IMG/VR virus record: IMGVR_UViG_3300023276_001086
Location: 64,001-128,000 of that record
DNA: 64,000 nucleotides
Source of the DNA: a virus
Reading direction: 5' to 3' (one strand)
Shown: positions 38,031 through 47,883 of the stretch, piece after piece
Position numbering within the stretch: the stretch's first letter is position 1
Layout: each line of letters begins with the position of its first letter
Notes under the pieces: generated by a model
What the model was told of the DNA's origin: nothing
Seen by the model: the letters and a program-made list of their open reading frames with translations, nothing else
The model's database searches: none
Translations under genes and position numbers: made by a program

Positions 38031-38657
38031 TCATTGATTGTCCTCTCCGCAGTCCGTCTCACGGTCCGCTTCTTCTTGCACAGTCTCCTCGTAGTCAGGC
38101 ACGCCCCTCATCGCCAGCCGCAACTGAGTATTTGGCTGGTTCGAGCAGCTGAACTTGTGGAACCCGTAGGTCTGCCGGCATTGAGGGCAGGGCTCCGCGA
38201 TCCGCCCGTCCGAGGTAGGCTTCCCCCGTATGATGGAGGAAGCGTCAGCCAGTGCCTTGTGAATGTGGCGGGCTTCGTCTCCCTGGGGGTCCATGTTCAT
38301 CTCGATGGCCTTGATGACCTCGTGTTCGTAGACGCCGATGACTTCGTTCTCGTAGACGCCGATGACTTCGTTCTCATAACCGACGGCCGCCGCTCTAAGT
38401 TTCCGTATCTCGTGCAGGAAATCGTCTAGCCCCGACGGGTAGTCCGGCGCATCGTCGAACTCGTCACTGATGGCGTTGAGCTGACCAGCATACTTGTCAG
38501 CCACGTACTCCAGCTCCTCGTTCTCCTTCAGCACCTCGAGCACCAACTCGTGCTCCCCAACCAACTGCCTATCATGCAGGGTCAGGTGTTTCTTGTCCGC
38601 TCGCGCTAGCACCACCCTCTCGCAGTGCTCCCTCAGCTTCTTTCTGTCCATCCTCAC
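38031..38657 (-). CDS. Hypothetical protein with internal 8-aa repeat
   Basis: 208 aa; YENEVIGV repeat; CPQC..H...C. Confidence 0.6.
   Translation of the reverse strand: MRMDRKKLREHCERVVLARADKKHLTLHDRQLVGEHELVLEVLKENEELEYVADKYAGQLNAISDEFDDAPDYPSGLDDFLHEIRKLRAAAVGYENEVIGVYENEVIGVYEHEVIKAIEMNMDPQGDEARHIHKALADASSIIRGKPTSDGRIAEPCPQCRQTYGFHKFSCSNQPNTQLRLAMRGVPDYEETVQEEADRETDCGEDNQ
38313..38378. repeat. 24-bp in-frame tandem repeat, about 2.75 copies
   Basis: GATGACTTCGTTCTCGTAGACGCC. Confidence 0.9.
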
Positions 38658-39657
38658 TTCCCTTCAATAGCGTCGTATCGCCGATGCGACCAGCTAGGTG
38701 CCAGTCCTTCGCAATCTTACGCTGGATATCCTCTTCCTTGATTGCCTCAAATCTTTGGCGCTTGACCTGGTTACCGTCGGCGTCAACTACTCTGAGAAAC
38801 TCCTTGTCTACGAGCGCGTTATCCAGGAGCGCCTTGACGTGGGGTAACCAAGCGGGTGTACCGTACTCGGCACCCTTGGGCACCTGAAGCGTGGTCAGCT
38901 TGACCGGGTCGAGAAGAACCGGCCCCTTCTCGGTGTTGTAGGTGAAGACGTTGCCGTAGAGAAGCAGGTGTCGGTGTGCGGTATCCTGCATCTCGGGTGG
39001 CAAATCCTCGATGCGGTTGATCGTTTCCATCAGCTCTCCCCTCTTCGCACGATAGGACAGCAGCTCTCGCTCGTACTCCTCAAAACGCTTCGGCGAGATC
39101 GAGAAGAAGGGGACCTCGTCTTGCGGAGCACGAATCACCCGCGCAGTGAGCCGACCTCGCATGTTGATCGCCATGGCCCGGCTTTCGGGCTCGATCTCCT
39201 CGATCGTGACAAGAGCGTCACGATTGACCAACGCCACATCACTCTTCACCACCCTAGACGGCGGGATGATGTTTCTGCTGAACGCTACCTCACGAAGATG
39301 ATCCCTGATGTACGAACCGCCGAAAGCCGCGGTCGCCGCTCTCCCCTCGGGCGAGTCAAGTTTGTCCAGGAACAGGCCATTGAACACATCACGAGGAACA
39401 CGCTGCTCCTCCAACTTGCGCAGCTTGCGCAGCACCTTCTGGCGGTGCTTCTTCTCTCCAGTCTCTACTACGTACCAGGGCTCGCCCTCGGGCTCCCAAG
39501 CGAGGAAGTGGCGGTCGAACACCTCATCCTCGTCGAACCAATCGGCCCAGTTCGCTGTCCTCAGCTGATCAAACCTGTTGTTGTACTCCTCGCCGGGAAT
39601 CAGACCGTAATCGTCCGACCCATCACCCTCACCATCCTCGAACCAACTTACCCTCAC
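38572..39657 (-). CDS. Mosaic protein containing a major-capsid-like N-terminal fragment
   Basis: GGSYIRDHLREVAFSRNIIPP...IEPESRAMAIN...EVPFFSIS resembles, from memory, large-phage MCP N-termini; unverified. Confidence 0.5.
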   Translation of the reverse strand: MRVSWFEDGEGDGSDDYGLIPGEEYNNRFDQLRTANWADWFDEDEVFDRHFLAWEPEGEPWYVVETGEKKHRQKVLRKLRKLEEQRVPRDVFNGLFLDKLDSPEGRAATAAFGGSYIRDHLREVAFSRNIIPPSRVVKSDVALVNRDALVTIEEIEPESRAMAINMRGRLTARVIRAPQDEVPFFSISPKRFEEYERELLSYRAKRGELMETINRIEDLPPEMQDTAHRHLLLYGNVFTYNTEKGPVLLDPVKLTTLQVPKGAEYGTPAWLPHVKALLDNALVDKEFLRVVDADGNQVKRQRFEAIKEEDIQRKIAKDWHLAGRIGDTTLLKGSEDGQKEAEGALREGGASASGQETPDPA

Positions 39658-39977
39658 CCCCTTCTCCGTTTGGGGCCGGTCACGAGCTCGAGCTCACGTG
39701 CGGCAATCTCGATCTGAGGACCGTTGCCCGTCTTGCGACTCGAAATCCTCCCACTTATCTTGATCAGCGCCCCCGTGCGTACATTCGACCTGACAAACTC
39801 GAGGTCCGACGTGACAATGGTGTGCCAGTCGTGCGTTGAGATGATCTCACCCTCGAGAGTGTTGAGTCGGTCACTGGTCATGATGTCAAATCGCGCCGGC
39901 CCGTCTCCATCGGGGAGCTTGATGTAATCCCCTACGAACCCGCACAAACGCACACTGTTTTCCGTCCGTTTTGTCAC
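39654..39977 (-). CDS. ssb: Single-stranded DNA-binding protein (OB fold, no acidic tail)
   Basis: NSVRLCGFVG...DWHTIV...GALIKISGRISSR. Confidence 0.7.
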   Translation of the reverse strand: MTKRTENSVRLCGFVGDYIKLPDGDGPARFDIMTSDRLNTLEGEIISTHDWHTIVTSDLEFVRSNVRTGALIKISGRISSRKTGNGPQIEIAARELELVTGPKRRRG

Positions 39978-41173
39978 CCATCCTCCTTGGCGGGAGCCCC
40001 GCCATGCCCGTTCTCACAGGTCACCCCGCCAGGGCTCTCATACTGTGGTTTTCCGCACACTGAGCAGTTTGTGCCAGTCAACCGCATTCCATCGATCTTG
40101 TTGTCGAATGTGCGCTTGACACGCTCCCGAAGCTCATGGCCCCAAGCCATCCAGTCGCTAATCTCCTCGAGCAGAGCATCCCTAACCTCCGTCCGACCCC
40201 CCGCAGCGCCCCTCTCTAGCATTTCGCACTCGTTACAGACGTACTTCTCGTCGATTGGCACGTCCCGAGCTCGTGTAGCCAGACCCTCGGTCCCGCAAAC
40301 CGTGCAATCCTCGTAATGCCAGAGCGGCTTCATCTTCTTCGTCTTCTTCGCCCCCTTTGGTGCCTCCTTCTTCGGGCGGACGGGGAAAACGCCCCTCAAA
40401 CCCGCCCGAACCAGACCCTTTGCCTCTTCTGAGAACTTCCCGTTCAGTATCCACTGAGCATAGCCAATGTTCTTGGTACAGAGAGTCTGGAGTGTCATCC
40501 CGGCGTGCTTGCCAAAATCGATCACAGCGTCCCCACTCTCGTTCCAACAGAACCTTCCGCCCAAGTCGACCTTGTTCAGCACAACCAGGTCGTGCATATC
40601 GCCCAAGCAGCTGATCGGGTTACCCTCAGTGCAGCGGTACCGCTCAACCTGCGCCTCGAGGATGGCCGTAGTAGCCATGGTGTCGGCGAAGGCATCGTGC
40701 GCGTCGTCTCCGAGCTCTTCCTCGCAGTAATGGCGGAAGGCGTCGGTCAATTTCTTGCCCTTTACGCCCTTTTCGAGCTTCCGAAACACCGCAAAGGCGT
40801 CAAAGACCCGCACAGAGCTCACATTCAGCGCCCGCCCGCACCGCTGAAGCTCAGCCTCCAGCAGTGGGATGTCGAAAGTGATGATGTTGTAGCCCGCCAG
40901 GTCGCAGCCGTCGAAGAAGAGGACAACGGCGTCCGCCACACCCTTGAAGGTCTTGCAATTCCGCACATCCTTGTCGTAGATGCCGTGAACTCGGGATGCG
41001 CCTTGCGGGATAGGGACCGTGGGGTTGATGTCCAACACCAACCGGCCCAATTCCACGAAATTCTCGTCGATTTTCACCGCAGCGAGCTGAACGATGCGGT
41101 CTTTCTTGACGTTGACCCCGGTTGTCTCGAGGTCGAACACTACGGTTTCAGGCATGATTACCTTCTTCATCAT
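39974..41173 (-). CDS. DEDDh 3'-5' exonuclease (DnaQ/epsilon-like) with C-terminal zinc fingers
   Basis: FDLETTG, YNIITFD, HDAFAD, FGKHAG. Confidence 0.9.
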   Translation of the reverse strand: MMKKVIMPETVVFDLETTGVNVKKDRIVQLAAVKIDENFVELGRLVLDINPTVPIPQGASRVHGIYDKDVRNCKTFKGVADAVVLFFDGCDLAGYNIITFDIPLLEAELQRCGRALNVSSVRVFDAFAVFRKLEKGVKGKKLTDAFRHYCEEELGDDAHDAFADTMATTAILEAQVERYRCTEGNPISCLGDMHDLVVLNKVDLGGRFCWNESGDAVIDFGKHAGMTLQTLCTKNIGYAQWILNGKFSEEAKGLVRAGLRGVFPVRPKKEAPKGAKKTKKMKPLWHYEDCTVCGTEGLATRARDVPIDEKYVCNECEMLERGAAGGRTEVRDALLEEISDWMAWGHELRERVKRTFDNKIDGMRLTGTNCSVCGKPQYESPGGVTCENGHGGAPAKEDG

Positions 41174-41570
41174 CCTCCCGGTAGAGCTCGAGCTTTTTCA
41201 CCGCCTCAGTGTTGACCATTGCCAGCCCCGGAACAATGCGGATGGGCACGAAGTCGGGCTCCTCACGGAGATGCTCCAGGTCGATGACCTTGACCTCATT
41301 GTCGCCAACGATGGTCGCCGTGCCCTTGGGCTCGAAACGCACAGTCGGGCAACCGTCGTCCACACCCTCAACCACGCCCAGATCTCCCTCTTCAGCGTGG
41401 ATGTAGTCTGAGTTGGGGAACTTGGCATCGAGTCGGCCGCCAAGCCCGCCCTCAGTGATACGCGTAACCGCCATGACCTTCTGCCCCACTTCCCACTCAA
41501 CTCTCGGTATCGCAGTCTTCTCTGTCATGTTCCCTCCGCGAACTACCAAAGGACCTTCACTCTTCGTCAT
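41148..41570 (-). CDS. Hypothetical protein
   Basis: 140 aa. Confidence 0.55.
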   Translation of the reverse strand: MTKSEGPLVVRGGNMTEKTAIPRVEWEVGQKVMAVTRITEGGLGGRLDAKFPNSDYIHAEEGDLGVVEGVDDGCPTVRFEPKGTATIVGDNEVKVIDLEHLREEPDFVPIRIVPGLAMVNTEAVKKLELYREDDEEGNHA

Positions 41571-41842
41571 CTACCTCCCCTTCCCAGCGATCCTCTGTAG
41601 TCATACTGCTGATCGACTCTCTGCGAAATGTGACCTCCACCTCGTGCCGCATTGCCCTACCGCCAAGTTGAAACGCAGACACGACGGCTCTCTTCATCTC
41701 TGGTGTGAACTGCTTTCTGGGGATATCCCAGATATTGTAGTGTTTCCCATCAGGCATCTTCACCCACAACGCCACCTTGCCTTCGCGTATTGTTGTGTAG
41801 AATTTGGGCTTGTAATCTACCCTTTCCACTAGATCACCCCTC

Positions 41843-42235
41843 CTACAGGATGGTCCCGTGCCCCTCGCACTCGAGGCAACTCGGATCAATGGGACCGCCG
41901 CACTCACCCGGCGCAGTCTCGTTGCCCCACTCGTCGATGCCTCCCTCGGGGTTGCACTTCTCACACCCGTGAGTCTGATCCCAGGTGTGGCAGCCCTCCT
42001 TGTCGGCGTGCTCAACGGCCTCGTTCGCAGCCTCCTCGGTGAAGGGAAAGGGCAGGCGGTGTACAGCATGCTCCCAGTCAGATCCCTCACAATACCCGGC
42101 AACCCAGAATCCCTTCTCGTCGACCCCCGCCGAGACACCACAGCTGGTGTCCTTGTAGAGCCGCTTGGCGATTGACGCCTCCGTGTCGTGGTAGGCGCTG
42201 AAATGGGCTGCCAGATCCTCGATGTTCTTGATCAT
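41843..42235 (-). CDS. Hypothetical Cys-rich protein
   Basis: 130 aa. Confidence 0.6.
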   Translation of the reverse strand: MIKNIEDLAAHFSAYHDTEASIAKRLYKDTSCGVSAGVDEKGFWVAGYCEGSDWEHAVHRLPFPFTEEAANEAVEHADKEGCHTWDQTHGCEKCNPEGGIDEWGNETAPGECGGPIDPSCLECEGHGTIL

Positions 42236-42480
42236 GTCCCCTTACCGTCTGCGAGACCATCCTCGTAGCCAGCCTCACGGCCCTTTTCCTCAGCTGCCTC
42301 AACGCAGCCTTCGCAGCTGTCAACCTGGAGCTCCCACATTCTACCGCTACCCGTCAGGTAGTATGTGAGCTCCTTCCCGCAGTCATCACAGATGACCCTG
42401 ATCTCAATAGGACTAGGCAATTTCCTCTCCTTCCTGTTTATTGAGCGCACCACGCGAATCAGGGTCCTGGGGAGGTTCAA
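42232..42480 (-). CDS. Small zinc-ribbon protein
   Basis: CDDC...CEGC. Confidence 0.55.
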   Translation of the reverse strand: MNLPRTLIRVVRSINRKERKLPSPIEIRVICDDCGKELTYYLTGSGRMWELQVDSCEGCVEAAEEKGREAGYEDGLADGKGT

Positions 42481-43729
42481 CTGCTGTCACCTTCCCGAAC
42501 TCCTGATAATCCACATCCAGCTTCCGCAAAGCCGCCGCCTCAACTTGATGCGGAACACGGGACGGGCACTCACTGTTGAAAACCTCTTCTCTCCAATCCA
42601 GCCCCTCGCTATGAAGATCGAGGAGGTACCGGAGCCAGTGCAGTATGGGGCTCTCCGTGCGCCTACTCAGTGAGCTGGCCCCGAATGTCATCGAGAGCCA
42701 CTCAGTCCCGTAAACACCGAGATTCTTCGCTCGAGATTTCAGCTCTGCGGCCGCCGTCCCCCGTTCCGACACAGGGGGCGGCTTTAGCAACCGGCTAGGC
42801 TCCGCCCTCGGCCTCGACCTTACCACTGGTACGGCCTCGTAATAACTGTCCACCAAACCATGGATCAGTTCGCCCTTGTCGCAGTCAGGTCGACCGCGGA
42901 ACCACCGGCACTCCTCCTCGTGAGGATCCTCCAGCATGTTCTTCTCTCGAAACTGGTGCCCGCAGTAGTAGGCAGGGACTATGTAGGTGTTGGTGATATC
43001 GCGAGTACAGTAGCTTGTGTACCTCCCCCGTTCCTGCTTCTCCACAAGGGAAAACTGAGCAGCCAGGCTACTACACAGACTGCATGCTCGCACCTTAGCC
43101 GGCCGAGTCCGACTGCTGTAGTGGGGGGCGTGCTCGACGAAATCCTCCTTCTTGCGCGTGCGCTCATATATCTTGACCATCGCCCTACGCTCGAGCTGCC
43201 TCACGCGTTCTTTACTCTTGTGGATGAGCTCACCGACCTCCTTCAGACCCAGAGGCCTCCTGCCTAACCCGAATCTGTGCTCGATTATCAGCCTCTCCTG
43301 GTCAGTCAGCGACGGCAGTACGGCCATGACGGAGTCCGTCAGCTCCTTGATCTCGTATTCCTCCTCTGGTGTTGCTGGCGGAAGGGCAGTGACCTCATCA
43401 CTCCGAAGGAAGCTCTTGAGCTTGTCCGCGCTTAGCTCTTTGACGGCTGATTTCTCCTTGCCCACCGCATCCACGACGCTGGGCGGGAACAACTCCCAGA
43501 TGTCCACCTTGAAGAACTCTGCCAGCTTCAGGGCACTGCTCTTCCAGGCGAGCTTGGCTGTCAGCGGGCTCGCTTTCATCGTCTCGTAGTGCCCCACCGT
43601 CTGGACGGGCACACCCGCTGCCCTATCCAGCTCCTTCTGGTGCAGCCCCAGCGCTTTCCTCCTCTTCTTCAGCTTGTTGTTCCGGATAGATACAGTGACC
43701 TCAAACTCGGGGATGTACTCAGACGTCAT
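42413..43729 (-). CDS. XRE-HTH plus sigma70 region 4 domain protein
   Basis: LKKRRKALGLHQKEL; LPSLTDQERLIIEHRFGL...LKEVGELIHKSKERVRQLERRAMVK. Confidence 0.8.
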   Translation of the reverse strand: MTSEYIPEFEVTVSIRNNKLKKRRKALGLHQKELDRAAGVPVQTVGHYETMKASPLTAKLAWKSSALKLAEFFKVDIWELFPPSVVDAVGKEKSAVKELSADKLKSFLRSDEVTALPPATPEEEYEIKELTDSVMAVLPSLTDQERLIIEHRFGLGRRPLGLKEVGELIHKSKERVRQLERRAMVKIYERTRKKEDFVEHAPHYSSRTRPAKVRACSLCSSLAAQFSLVEKQERGRYTSYCTRDITNTYIVPAYYCGHQFREKNMLEDPHEEECRWFRGRPDCDKGELIHGLVDSYYEAVPVVRSRPRAEPSRLLKPPPVSERGTAAAELKSRAKNLGVYGTEWLSMTFGASSLSRRTESPILHWLRYLLDLHSEGLDWREEVFNSECPSRVPHQVEAAALRKLDVDYQEFGKVTAVEPPQDPDSRGALNKQEGEEIA

Positions 43730-44372
43730 CTTTGATTCCCATCAAGCAACCCCGCACATCGAACTCACCCAGTATGTTCTTCCGCACCAACAGCAGTACT
43801 GACGGCACGAAGAACGTCTGAGTGATCTCCCCGGTTTCCGGGTTCGTGAAGGTCTCTGTCTCGCCCGGCCCGAGCAGGAAGAAGAAGCCGAGCTTACGGA
43901 AGACGAAGTAGTACTGGGGGTTGATGAGAGCCACGTAAGGCTCGTCCATGTTCTCGCGGGTCAGCTCGTAGGTGTTGTCGGTGACCCACGTCACGGGGGT
44001 GTGGGCAACAAGAAGAGCTTGATCACCCTCACCCGCCACGATGGCCACGTCATCTGCCAAAGCATAGGGCTTGCCGTAGTACATATCCCGGATGTGGGCT
44101 TTCACGTCGGTGTCACTGGCGTAGCTCTGCTCGAGGTCGGCGAGGATGTTGTTCCTGGACTCCTTCCAGTCGATCTTCCCGTTCTTCGCCTTCTTCTCAG
44201 CGGCCTTACGGATGATGGACAGATCTGGCGAGCCCGAGAAGATGGCCCAGTGTCCATTGCTGGCAGATCCGCACGTGCCATTGAGGCACCGAGCATCTTT
44301 TTCTGTCCCGAACAGCGCCGTGGGCAAGCTCACACTTACACCCTGGATCTTCAGATCATTTCTCTCGCTCAT
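43719..44372 (-). CDS. Hypothetical protein
   Basis: 217 aa. Confidence 0.6.
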   Translation of the reverse strand: MSERNDLKIQGVSVSLPTALFGTEKDARCLNGTCGSASNGHWAIFSGSPDLSIIRKAAEKKAKNGKIDWKESRNNILADLEQSYASDTDVKAHIRDMYYGKPYALADDVAIVAGEGDQALLVAHTPVTWVTDNTYELTRENMDEPYVALINPQYYFVFRKLGFFFLLGPGETETFTNPETGEITQTFFVPSVLLLVRKNILGEFDVRGCLMGIKDDV

Positions 44373-44373
44373 C

Positions 44374-44520
44374 TCACTCTCCCTCTCCCGTCACCATGTC
44401 CAATCGCACAGCTTCTCGTAACTTATCTATCGACTCATCGGAGTAGACTGCGAAACCGCGGCCCTCCAAGTACGCCTCGAGCTCCGCACGAGTCCACGAG
44501 CGCACAGGCTTCTCCTCCAT
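44374..44520 (-). CDS. 48-aa hypothetical protein
   Basis: MEEKPVRSWTRAELEAYLEGRGFAVY..., read by hand; coupled to the upstream stop. Confidence 0.5.
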   Translation of the reverse strand: MEEKPVRSWTRAELEAYLEGRGFAVYSDESIDKLREAVRLDMVTGEGE

Positions 44521-44684
44521 CACTCAACCTCCCCGCTCTGATTGTGGTTGTGCTCCTCGCAGTCGTGCCCGGCCCCGCAGTTGTAGATGAGTATCCCGCT
44601 CATCACCAATACGAGCAGGAAGACAGACGTGAGCAGTATCATGACCAGCAGTTCAATGAGGGTGAATCCCTTCTCACTACGCAT
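44520..44684 (-). CDS. Mini type IV prepilin-like protein (N-terminal cleavage/methylation motif)
   Basis: MRSEKG|FTLIELLVMILL..., 54 aa, Glu at +5, hydrophobic helix, CxxxxxC tail. Confidence 0.75.
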   Translation of the reverse strand: MRSEKGFTLIELLVMILLTSVFLLVLVMSGILIYNCGAGHDCEEHNHNQSGEVE

Positions 44685-45351
44685 CGTCTTCCCCCGTACC
44701 CATGAAGGACAAGAGCAGATGGACGTACTCACGCTCCTTCTCGGCGGTCCACGCATGAATCCGCACACTCGAGGAGCCGAACTCCTGGGTGGTGTTCTCG
44801 TTTCTGAACGCCTCCTCGGCGTCGCCATGCCAGCTGATGGCGCCCCCCTCTACGGGGCAGACCTCGATGGATGTGACCCTCCTCCGCATGCCTATCACGA
44901 AGAAGAAACCCAGGTCGGGGAGGTCAATCCGGTACCACGGGCGATTCACGTTTCCCGTGTACTCGTTGGGCACCGAGCGTATCGTGAATCGGACACGAGC
45001 AGCCGCGAAGCAGTTGAAGATCGTGTCCCGATCACCCAGGGACATGTAGCGGTCGAAGCAGCTGTTGTGGACATGCTCTCCGTAACGACGCCAGAGATAG
45101 TGGTCACGCCACGACTCGACCGCCATTTCCCACTTCTTCCCGCAGATCGAGCACTTCTCCTCACGAAGGTCGACCGTGAAGGTCTTGACCATGCAATCGT
45201 CGTCATCTTTCCATTGTATGACCAGCTGATCAAAGCCGTCGTAGCCAATGTTTCCATCCTCTGACAAAGGAGCACAGATGTTGTTCTTCGACGCGTTTTC
45301 GCCAAAGCCAAACGTCTGAACTGGTCCTGCCACAAACCACATCACACTCAC
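44677..45351 (-). CDS. Hypothetical protein
   Basis: 224 aa; first gene after promoter P8. Confidence 0.6.
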   Translation of the reverse strand: MSVMWFVAGPVQTFGFGENASKNNICAPLSEDGNIGYDGFDQLVIQWKDDDDCMVKTFTVDLREEKCSICGKKWEMAVESWRDHYLWRRYGEHVHNSCFDRYMSLGDRDTIFNCFAAARVRFTIRSVPNEYTGNVNRPWYRIDLPDLGFFFVIGMRRRVTSIEVCPVEGGAISWHGDAEEAFRNENTTQEFGSSSVRIHAWTAEKEREYVHLLLSFMGTGEDDA

Positions 45352-45384
45352 CTCTCCATCTAAGTCATTCGCACATGCGTGAAC

Positions 45385-45412
45385 CTTATACCCACAGGCT
45401 CACCAACCTTGC
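45385..45412 (-). promoter_or_regulatory. Phage promoter motif P8
   Basis: GCAAGG-N14-GGTATAAG in an intergenic gap. Confidence 0.65.
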
Positions 45413-45414
45413 TG

Positions 45415-45711
45415 TCAGCGACCGTACCCCCCGTTGGGGTCCTCCTCTTGGATGGCTCGGACGAGCTCGGCCTTCAACTTCCGAATGGTCTTCGCTGCGC
45501 AGCTTGTGCAGTACTTCAAGTCACCGCCGACATGGACCACATGCCCGGTCCCACTGTAGCCACAACCTGAGCACCATCCCGTCAGGTTGGGGTCCTTCCC
45601 CGCATTCGTGGCAATCGTATCGCTGAGAGTTTGCTCGAGGATGACGACCTTCACAGTCAACTTCGTGACCGCTTCCTCGAGTCGTTGAATACGGTCCAGA
45701 TTCTCCGTCAT
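45415..45711 (-). CDS. Coiled coil plus zinc finger protein
   Basis: GWCSGCGY...CTSCAAKTIRKLK. Confidence 0.6.
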   Translation of the reverse strand: MTENLDRIQRLEEAVTKLTVKVVILEQTLSDTIATNAGKDPNLTGWCSGCGYSGTGHVVHVGGDLKYCTSCAAKTIRKLKAELVRAIQEEDPNGGYGR

Positions 45712-45712
45712 C

Positions 45713-47416
45713 TCACCTCCCTTTCAAATTCGATGCCGAGCTCATACTCACCAAGCGCGGAACCCACTCATCCAGGTTCCTCTTGGCGTCCCGCATGTGC
45801 CTGATGCACACCGGGCAGTTGATGACCTCTGGAATGGCGGCAATGCTGTCCTTCCCCAATCTCCCATCGCTGAAACCGAGCCCGCACCAAGTACGAAGCC
45901 CCTCACTGAGAGGCCAGGGCACTACGGTTCCGTGAATCATCTCCTACTCCTCCTCCTCCTCCTCCTCCTCATCGTCGTGTTCCACCACAAGATGCTGCCC
46001 GCAACAGTGACTAGGGTGGAGATCGCAAACAAGATAGCCACAGCCGAAGCAGCGGTTCTCTTCTGTGAGCCCCTTCGTGCTACAGAGGGCGCAGTTGCCA
46101 TCATCCTTGCCTGGGTTCTTCACCTCCTCCAGGTACTCCATCACTCCCCTCTCAATCGAAATCCACGGCCCATGATGGGGGTGAACACCCACGTCTCATA
46201 GACCCTGAGCACTGCAATGATCACTGTTGCGGCAACCATGATGCTGGCAGCTACGATGTCGATCACCATCAGATCTCCTCCTCCGAGTGCAGGCGGGGCA
46301 ATAGTCCTTCATCACCCCGCCCGCACTTACTCTTGACCAGCCTATGGCCTTCAGCTCTCTTCGGATCGCTGGAGCCCGGACACCTGATCGTTGCACCCAC
46401 TCGGCGCACCCGTCACACCAGACGGTGATCTCTCGAGTGAGACTCAGGACTTCCTCACCTTGACCAAGGCACGACTCAGATCCATTAAAGCCCTTCTGAT
46501 CGCCCCCGTCTCCCTTGGGTAGTAGGCCAGGTACGGGTTTGACCCTCTGTCCTTCTTGTCTGCTTGGAGGCGAGCGTAGAGATCATTCACGGCCCTCTGG
46601 TATCGATCGATCTCTACCTGTATAGCGTCCAGATTCTTCGTTGTCACGCTCACGTCTTCTCGCCCTCGAACAGAGCCTCGTCTGAGTCCCACTCAGCTCT
46701 CATGTGATCTGTTTGCATCTTCCCGTTGCTGAACCACCAACGCCAGCGACAACTGTCCTCGCCCTCCATCTCGATGTAGGATCGATCGGTGACAAAGGGG
46801 GCGATCACATCAAAGAAGTTCTCGTCGCTCCCCAGCTTCTCCCCAGCGAACTCGATGTCGGTGAGTCCTTCGTGCTTGGAGAAGTCGACATCCCAGCGCC
46901 AAGCCCTGAACACCCCAACGATGTCCTTGCGGTTGCAAGCGTCGAGCACTTCGTCGGTGCTCACCCACGAGTACGCATTTGGGTAGCTCTCCATCATGTC
47001 GCTGACGGCCCTACGACAAGCATCGAAGTGCTCTCGCTTGATCCCGAACCTCGCCCCCCGCATGTCCATGCAGTATCCCATACCTACTCCTCCTCATCTT
47101 CCAGGAGACTGATCTTCAGCTGCTTCACTGGGTAGAGCATCTCCACCTCCCCAAGCCGCTCACCAGGAACGAAGTCCGGTTCCTTCCCTGCGCAGATTGA
47201 ACAGGGCGTCGGCGTTCTCGGCCACGTCCCATGCACGCTGGTCAGGCCGACCTCTCTCACCTCGAGGTCCCAGTGATCCACCACGGCCTCGGATGATCCG
47301 TCGGTGAGTAGTCCTTGCTCAACAGCTCGATGGATGATCTCGTAAAGCCGCCCCCGCATGTCGTCGGGAACAGTGTCCGTGTCGTAGGTGACTCGGATGG
47401 TGATGTTGAAGCTCAT
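45713..47416 (-). other. Run of small hypothetical genes (45713-45940, 45944-46192, 46196-46396, 46444-46692, 46650-47081, 47084-47416)
   Basis: Abutting ORFs, several with GGAG SD motifs. Confidence 0.55.
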
Positions 47417-47883
47417 TCTTCCTCCTTCATGAATCGTCGGAACTCGTTGAGCGTGCTCCGCATCTCAATCAGCTTCTTGACCTCCTTCACAAGGGGCTTG
47501 AAGGCTGGCGGCTCAGTGTACTGGTTGTGGCCAAGAGCGTCGGCCAGCTGAAACCTTGGCTTCTTCAGCGCCCTGATCGTACTCGCGGCACACCGCACGC
47601 AGAGCTTCTCGTCATCTTCAACGAGGATGGGCTCTCCCGATCCGTTGTAGCCACACTGGGTACACCAGCCTTCTTTGCTCATCACCACAACCACAGCCCT
47701 CTTCAAAGATTTGACAGATACTTCGCCCAGCCTGCCCGTCATACCGCCCAAACAGTAGAGCTGAAGATCGTCCATCCCAACTAGATCCTCAACGTGCTTG
47801 ATTCCACTGATGGTGATGGCGTTCAGTACTCGAACCCTCACTGTCTTCTTGAGGTGGGGTCGGAGGTCAGCAATCGGTGTCAT
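47413..47883 (-). CDS. RNA polymerase alpha-CTD-like domain plus zinc finger
   Basis: VRVLNAITISGIKHVEDLV...LGEVSVKSLK resembles alpha-CTD (VR..N.L...GI....DLV...LG..S..EIK). Confidence 0.55.
   Translation of the reverse strand: MTPIADLRPHLKKTVRVRVLNAITISGIKHVEDLVGMDDLQLYCLGGMTGRLGEVSVKSLKRAVVVVMSKEGWCTQCGYNGSGEPILVEDDEKLCVRCAASTIRALKKPRFQLADALGHNQYTEPPAFKPLVKEVKKLIEMRSTLNEFRRFMKEEE

Noticed and set aside
44415-44450. GATAAG promoter-like match
   Set aside because: Lies inside the 48-aa ORF 44374..44520 and matches the -10 element poorly.
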